The notes under the pieces: model-generated
Seen by the model: the letters and a program-made list of their open reading frames with translations, nothing else
The model's database searches: none
What the model was told of the DNA's origin: nothing
Position numbers and translations under genes: made by a program
Shown here: positions 58,520 to 64,000 of the stretch, piece after piece
Numbering within the stretch: the first letter of the stretch is position 1
Layout of the letters: every line of letters begins with the position of its first letter
Assembly (NCBI GenBank): GCA_943333275.1
Contig: CALQSQ010000013.1
Location: forward strand, 1,975-65,974
Source of the DNA: Akkermansia muciniphila
Lineage (GTDB): Bacteria > Verrucomicrobiota > Verrucomicrobiia > Verrucomicrobiales > V1-33
Reading direction: 5' to 3'
DNA length: 64,000 nucleotides

Positions 58520-59056
58520 GTGCCCAAAACTTCCGCCATTCTGCTGCGTAAATTTCCCCTCACGGACACGAGCCTCATCGTCCACTGGTGCAGTCCCGAG
58601 CAGGGCTTGATCAAGACCGCCGCCAAGGGAGCACGCCGACCCGGCAGCGCCATGGCCGGACAGTTGGATTTATTCTACGAGGCGGAGATCGAATATGTTT
58701 CCGCGAAGCGCGGGGATCTGCATACACTCAGGGAGGTCGCCGTCACCAACTACCGCCACGGCCTTCAGAACCACTTCCTGCGCGTGCTGGCGGCGGCCTA
58801 TTTTGTAAAGCTCGTGGAAATGGTCGCGGAACGTGAGACACCCATCGCCGGCCTGCATGATCTGCTCGAACGCGCCCTGAACTGGCTCTGCGGCTCCGAT
58901 CCCACCATCAAGGCCGTGGAACACTTCGAAAAGGAAACCGCCCGGCAGCTCGGGCTTTGGTCCGCCACGAACCACACCCCGCCGGTGGAGGCACTGCGGG
59001 AGGTGTATCACCAGATTCCCGAGCAGCGACGTCAGCTCTGGGATCGGCTCAAGTAG
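58520..59056 (+). CDS. recO: DNA repair protein RecO (short form; start uncertain)
   Basis: ...TSAILLRKFPLTDTSLIVHWCSPEQGLIKTAAKGARRP...LDLFYEAEIEYV... shows the RecO OB-fold pattern. There is no in-frame ATG, so the candidate starts are GTG 58520 or TTG 58424, and the latter overlaps the kinase gene. Confidence 0.65.
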   Translation: MPKTSAILLRKFPLTDTSLIVHWCSPEQGLIKTAAKGARRPGSAMAGQLDLFYEAEIEYVSAKRGDLHTLREVAVTNYRHGLQNHFLRVLAAAYFVKLVEMVAERETPIAGLHDLLERALNWLCGSDPTIKAVEHFEKETARQLGLWSATNHTPPVEALREVYHQIPEQRRQLWDRLK

Positions 59057-59135
59057 CGGCAAATTTTAGTTTCAAGATTCACGATTCACGGTTCAAGTAG
59101 CGGCATCCATTTGTTTCCATCGCATCTCCCACCCC

Positions 59136-60248
59136 ATGAGCAGCATTCTAGGCCACGTCTTCCGCATCAGCACTTTCGGTGAATCCCACGGGGGCGGCAT
59201 CGGCGTGGTGATCGATGGTTGTCCCCCCGGTGTCCCGCTGGCTGTGGAGGAAGTGCAGCGCGAACTGGACCGGCGGCGGCCAGGTCAGAGCAAGGTGACG
59301 ACTCCGCGCAAGGAGGCGGATCAGTGTGAAATTTTGAGCGGTGTCTTCGAAGGTCAGACGACCGGCGCAGCGCTGGCGATGCTCGTGCGCAACGAGGATG
59401 CACGTTCCTCGGCCTACGAGGAAATGGCGGTGAAATACCGGCCTTCCCATGCCGATTACACCTACGATGCCAAGTATGGATTCCGCAGCTGGCCGGGCGG
59501 AGGCCGGGCCTCCGCGCGCGAGACCATCGGACGCGTGGCGGCTGCGGCGGTGGCCCGCAAGGTGCTCCAGAGCTTGATTCCCGGCTATGAGGCGGTGGCG
59601 TATGTGAAATCAATCAAGGACCTCCAGGCCAATGTGGATCCCTCCATGGTGAAATTTTCCGATGTCGAAAGCAACATCGTCCGCACCGGTGATCCGGCAA
59701 TGGTCGAGCCCATGATCGCACTGATTGAGGCCACGCGTGCCGCGGGCAATTCCGTCGGGGGCGTCGTAGAGTGCTTCGTGCGGGGATGCCCCGCCGGATT
59801 GGGCGAGCCGGTCTTCGACAAGCTCGACGCCGACCTCGCCAAAGCGATGCTCAGCCTTCCGGCGACGAAAGGATTTGAGGTCGGCTCCGGATTTGCCGGC
59901 ACCCTGCTGACCGGCCTTGAGCACAACGATCCGTTCCGGATGGTCGATGGCAAAGTCGTGACCACCAGCAATCGTTCCGGCGGCATCCAGGGCGGCATCA
60001 GCAACGCCGAGGACATCATTTTCCGCGTTGCCTTCAAGCCCACGGCCACGGTCATGCACGCCCAACCCACCGTGGATCAATCAGGCCGCGATACCGAATT
60101 GCAGGGCCGCGGTCGGCACGACGCCTGCGTCCTGCCCCGCGCCGTCCCCATGGTCGAAGCCATGGCCACCCTCGTGATCTGCGATCACCTCCTGCGCCAG
60201 CGGGCGCAGACCGGTGTGGCAGGCAGCCTGTGGAAACCGAGGGAGTGA
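59136..60248 (+). CDS. aroC: Chorismate synthase
   Basis: [24 protein letters not shown]..., [15 protein letters not shown] and GGISNA. 370 aa. Confidence 0.95.
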   Translation: MSSILGHVFRISTFGESHGGGIGVVIDGCPPGVPLAVEEVQRELDRRRPGQSKVTTPRKEADQCEILSGVFEGQTTGAALAMLVRNEDARSSAYEEMAVKYRPSHADYTYDAKYGFRSWPGGGRASARETIGRVAAAAVARKVLQSLIPGYEAVAYVKSIKDLQANVDPSMVKFSDVESNIVRTGDPAMVEPMIALIEATRAAGNSVGGVVECFVRGCPAGLGEPVFDKLDADLAKAMLSLPATKGFEVGSGFAGTLLTGLEHNDPFRMVDGKVVTTSNRSGGIQGGISNAEDIIFRVAFKPTATVMHAQPTVDQSGRDTELQGRGRHDACVLPRAVPMVEAMATLVICDHLLRQRAQTGVAGSLWKPRE

Positions 60249-60252
60249 GGTC

Positions 60253-60738
60253 CTATTTCTCCTCAATCACCGCACCCGGCTCAACCTTGAATGTGCCATC
60301 GGCGTTGGTGACGATGGTATAGTTGCGGCGGCGCAGGGAGTCCTTGAAGGCCCAGGCGGCGATGGCCTGGTAGTTTCCATTGGCGGGTTTGATCTCGTTG
60401 ATCTGGAGGAGAATGATGAGGTCGCCGGTGGTGATGCCATCGCTTTTCTCCAGCACGCGGGGCTTGCCGTTGAGGGCGAGGACGGTGACGCGATTATGTG
60501 GGAGCATGCGGGGCTGGAGATCGGGGAATCGCTTGAGAAATTCCTCGGAGGCCGCGGCCTGATGGGGGCCGAGGGTAAGACACATTTTCCGTTGATCATT
60601 AGCTTCGGGGCAGTCGGCCAGCACGGCGCGGACGAGGGCGGCACCAGCGTCAGTTTCCACGGTGCGAGGATCGAAAGCGTCCTTTGGCTGGCAGGCAGAA
60701 AGCAAAAGGCAGAGCCCGGCGGCGAGGAGGCGGAACAT
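60253..60738 (-). CDS. Hypothetical lipoprotein
   Basis: The signal and lipobox are MFRLLAAGLCLLLSAC. It lies 6-21 bp downstream of the OmpA-family gene on the same strand. The start is 60738 or 60753. Confidence 0.5.
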   Translation of the reverse strand: MFRLLAAGLCLLLSACQPKDAFDPRTVETDAGAALVRAVLADCPEANDQRKMCLTLGPHQAAASEEFLKRFPDLQPRMLPHNRVTVLALNGKPRVLEKSDGITTGDLIILLQINEIKPANGNYQAIAAWAFKDSLRRRNYTIVTNADGTFKVEPGAVIEEK

Positions 60739-60759
60739 GGGGGGATTGGACAAGGGGAG

Positions 60760-62329
60760 TTAGAAGTCGAGATAGATTTCCGTGCGCCGGTTGCGGGAGC
60801 GGCCTTCGGGATTGTCGGTGCCGTCCTCTTTCTTGTTCGGATCCAGCGGGGCCTCGGCTCCGAAGCCACGGGTGACGATCTGATCGGCGGGGACACCGAG
60901 TTCGGCGAGTTTTTTCTGCACGGATTCGGCGCGGCGTTTGGAGAGTTGGTAGTTGTAGTCCTCGGTGCCCAGGGCATCGGCGTAACCACTGAGGCGCATT
61001 TTCCGGGCGGGATCGCTTTTCAGAAGGTCCGCGACGATTTCCAACTGGTGCAGGCCGCGCTCGCTGATGTCTGATTTGTCGTATTCAAAATAGACGACGA
61101 GGGACTCACCGCCGGAGGGGTTTTTGACGATGGGTGTGTAGTAAACTATGCCGCCCTCCGTGGACTCGACGTAAGTCTGCAGGAGTTTGCTAAAATCCAA
61201 GGCATCCACCTTCCATTGATTCTGGCTGTTTCTGGACATCTCCACGCCGAACTCGCTGTCGGTGTTTTGCTTGGCGCTTCTCACCCTGACGAGTGCCCAG
61301 GCCCGTTCTTGGTTCGCGGCGGTGACGTTCAGGGAACTGCCGGGAATCATGGCGTATTCACCCTCTTCAAAGACGATGCAAAGGCCGGCCAGTTTCTCAT
61401 GCGTAACCTTGGTCTCATCGGTGATCTTGCGCGCGCTGCGGAAATTTTTCCCCAGTAGTTCGGTGACGAAATCATGCGAGATGGCAAGCGCGTCCGGATC
61501 GTCAGCGAGGGCCGGATCCTTGTCGGTCAGATCGGGCGAAAAGCGGATGTTCGTAATGCGGAATCCATCCTCGCGGGTGAGTTTGAGGTCCACATAAAGC
61601 TGGGATGAGGCAGTCGCGGGGGCTGGACTGGAGTCAGGGCTTGGGGCATCGGAAGCCGATGATTTCTCAGGTGGAGAAATCTCTCCGGAATCGAGAATCG
61701 GCGGGGAGCCGGCAAGCTCGATTTTTGCGGCCTCGCCGGTGATCAGTGAGATGCCGGAACCGGGTTGGCTGGGTTCGGCGATCGCAGGCGCCGGGGTTTC
61801 CTTGGTTCCGTCCGCGGAAATGCCATTGCCTGCGGCCTTGGGCGATGCGTCGGCCACCCTTTCAATGGGCAGCATCCAGCGCTCCTGGCCGGAGATGCGG
61901 CCGATTTCCTTCCAGGGACTGGCCGCCCCATTCATGACGGGTCGGTATCCGGAAGTGAACAATTTCTCATAGAGGGCCTTGCGCTCAGGGCTGACCGATG
62001 GGGCCAGCAGATCGAAAGTCTCGTCCACTTTCCCGGCGGCAAGTTTCTCGGCCACGGCGGCGAGAAACTGGCTGGACTTGAGGTAAAATGGCTTGGGGGG
62101 GGGTGACGGGTTTCGGTGGTTCCACCGGCGGTGTCGGTGCCGTGACCACGGGCTTGGGCGGTTGGACGGGGACTGGCACCGGCTTGGCCGGTGCGGGCTT
62201 GGCCGCACGCGGAGTGGCCCCGCATTGGGGAGCGGTGAAGGCAAAGAAGAAGACCACGCTGAGCGTGACGATGCCGAGAAAGACAAGAATGGGGATGGCG
62301 CTTTGGCCGCGCGGGAAGGATCGGTTCAC
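60760..62329 (-). pseudogene. OmpA-family (peptidoglycan-binding C-terminal domain) envelope protein, reading frame broken at a C9 homopolymer
   Basis: The C-terminal OmpA-like domain is GYADALGTEDYNYQLSKRRAESV...NRRTEIYLDF. The N-terminal TM helix (AIPILVFLGIVTLSVVFFFAF) and Pro-rich linker lie in a different frame (ORF 61985-62392). The two frames meet at the G9 run 62095-62103 on the + strand. Confidence 0.7.
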
Positions 62330-62392
62330 GGCGGAGGATACAGGGCTGCGGAGTAATTTCAAAACACATTTGCACGGGTTTCCGCACACCAC

Positions 62393-62421
62393 AAAAAGCC
62401 CCCGGTCGCGGTGGCAACCGG
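62393..62421 (-). terminator. Rho-independent terminator after the Gfo/Idh/MocA gene (minus strand)
   Basis: On the minus strand CCGGTTGC-cacc-GCGACCGG forms an 8-bp stem with one G-U pair, followed by GGGCTTTTT. Confidence 0.55.
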
Positions 62422-62453
62422 AGGCTGATGGTTGGCTGGTCGCCTAAACAGGT

Positions 62454-63836
62454 TCAGGCCAGATTGAATTCGCCGCGGTATTGGCGGGTCAGTTCGGTGG
62501 CGGGCACACCGCCGCCGACAATCTGGCTCTTCGTGGGATCCCAGTTGAACGCCTTGCCGGTGCGGTAGGCGATGTTCATGAGGTGGCAGGAAATGGCACT
62601 GCCTCCACCGACGATTTCATTGGTGATGGGCTTCTTGCGGCTGCGGACGCAGTCGAGGAAATCGCCGAGGTGATTACCGCTCTTGTAGAGGCGGATTTTG
62701 GCATCGGCGAGGAGTTCCTTGTCGGCTTTCATGTACTGGCTCTCCACACTGACCTTGTCGCCATCATCGGATTTTTTGCAGAAGACCTTGCCATCAAGGA
62801 TGACTTCAAATCTGCCGCGGTTGACCTTCACCTCGCCGCGTTCACCTTTGAAATGCACGCCATAACCATCGGCATGTTTCACGACCACGCCGCTGGCGTA
62901 GGTGAGTTCACAGCCACGGAGATTGAGATTTTGCTTCTTGGCAAAGGCTTCGAGGCATCCGTCCGGTGGCTTGATGGAAACTGGGCCGCCCTTGCCATCC
63001 TCGCCAAGCCCCCATTGGGCAATGTCCAGATGGTGTGCGCCCCAGTCTGTAATGTAGCCGCCGCCGTATTCGGAAACTTCCCGCCAGTTGGGGAAATGGT
63101 GATGCACGCCGCGTGGGGAGAGGATGGAATTGTATTTGGCGGCAGGCGCAGGCCCGAGCCAGCGATCCCAGTCCAGGCCGGGTTCCATGGCCTCCTCAGG
63201 AAGATCGTTGGGGCGTGGCGGGCCGTTGAACTGGACGTCCACGGAACTGATTTTTCCGATGATGCCATTTTGAATGAGTTCTGCAGCAACGCGGAATTCC
63301 CCGCTGGAACGCTGCATGGAGCCCGTTTGCAGCACGCGGCCGGTCGTCTTCACCGTATCAATGACCGTGAGCGCCTCCTGCACATTGTGGGTCAGCGGCT
63401 TTTCACAATAGACATCCTTGCCCGCTTTGAGTGCGGCCACGGTAATGATGGCATGCCAGTGATCCGGGGTCGCGATGCAGACGGCATCAATGTCTTTTCT
63501 GGCGAGCAGTTCGCGATAATCGTTGTAGGCATCGCATCCTTTCCAGCCGTCCGTTTTGTTGTCGGTGTAATGCTTCACCACACGCTCCTTGGCTGAATTG
63601 CGACGATTGGTGTCCACATCGCAGACGGCCAGCACCTGCACGCCCGCCTGGCCGAGGAATCCACCGAGCAGACCGCCACCCTGCATGCCCACACCAATGA
63701 AGCCCATGGTGATCTTGCTGCCAGGGGCGGAATCGACGGCCCAGACGTGAGAAGGAAGAATGAGCGGAGCGGCACCGAGTCCGGCGACCTTGAGAAATTG
63801 ACGACGAGAGGTGGATGAATTCATGGGTGTAATCAT
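62454..63836 (-). CDS. TAT-exported Gfo/Idh/MocA family oxidoreductase (second paralogue)
   Basis: The twin-arginine signal TSRRQFLKVAGLGAAPLILPSHVWA is followed by the Rossmann motif MGFIGVGMQGGG and EKPLTHN. 460 aa. Confidence 0.85.
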   Translation of the reverse strand: MITPMNSSTSRRQFLKVAGLGAAPLILPSHVWAVDSAPGSKITMGFIGVGMQGGGLLGGFLGQAGVQVLAVCDVDTNRRNSAKERVVKHYTDNKTDGWKGCDAYNDYRELLARKDIDAVCIATPDHWHAIITVAALKAGKDVYCEKPLTHNVQEALTVIDTVKTTGRVLQTGSMQRSSGEFRVAAELIQNGIIGKISSVDVQFNGPPRPNDLPEEAMEPGLDWDRWLGPAPAAKYNSILSPRGVHHHFPNWREVSEYGGGYITDWGAHHLDIAQWGLGEDGKGGPVSIKPPDGCLEAFAKKQNLNLRGCELTYASGVVVKHADGYGVHFKGERGEVKVNRGRFEVILDGKVFCKKSDDGDKVSVESQYMKADKELLADAKIRLYKSGNHLGDFLDCVRSRKKPITNEIVGGGSAISCHLMNIAYRTGKAFNWDPTKSQIVGGGVPATELTRQYRGEFNLA

Positions 63837-64000
63837 AGTGGTTAAAACGAACTGTTGCCGATGCTAACGGCTTTGCCGGACGTGAAAAGAAGATTTAACT
63901 CCGAAGCACAGCGGAAACGCGGGTTGGGAATTTCCCAAAGCCAGCTTAAAGTGTCGATTCATCACCCCTCGCATGTTTCGCCAACTCCCTTTTCCATTCC

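Noticed and set aside
62330-62392. The GTG at 62392 as the start of the OmpA-family gene.
   Set aside because: That start would abut the terminator hairpin of the upstream gene at 62393-62421. The in-frame GTG at 62329 gives a conventional N-terminus (basic residues followed by a TM helix). The choice remains uncertain.

Overview
This is a high-GC chromosomal segment. Its gene content (PSCyt1 'planctomycete cytochrome c' modules, DUF1080, TAT-exported Gfo/Idh/MocA oxidoreductases, a CRTAC1/ASPIC FG-GAP protein, alternative complex III subunits) suggests a PVC-superphylum genome, probably Verrucomicrobiota. That placement is an inference, because no search was possible and all family calls come from motifs read in the ORF translations. 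I call 47 protein-coding genes plus one frameshifted gene. The housekeeping genes are hrpB, sucC, uvrB, carB, korAB, recO, aroC and a YebC-like regulator. The rest are mostly envelope, secreted and redox proteins. I found no rRNA, tRNA, CRISPR array, transposase or integrase. The many long ORFs antisense to real genes are GC-driven shadows. The points worth a second look are: (1) an actCDEF alternative-complex-III module with no actA/actB, which has its own TGTGA-N6-TCACA palindrome and is preceded by two unusual PSCyt1 haem-c proteins; (2) a strictly phased 11 x 21-bp tandem array and a 4.5 x 22-bp array in AT-richer intergenic islands; (3) two copies of a ~170-bp MITE-like element with 26-29-bp terminal inverted repeats, plus a second palindromic repeat family; (4) an OmpA-family gene split by a C9 homopolymer; (5) sucC without sucD; (6) unusual fusions and couplings: TrhO-RluA, P460-CBM next to DUF1080 and TAT-Gfo, Cu-monooxygenase with redoxin, CusF-SCO with CRTAC1, and a half-TSUP with two TPM-like proteins.
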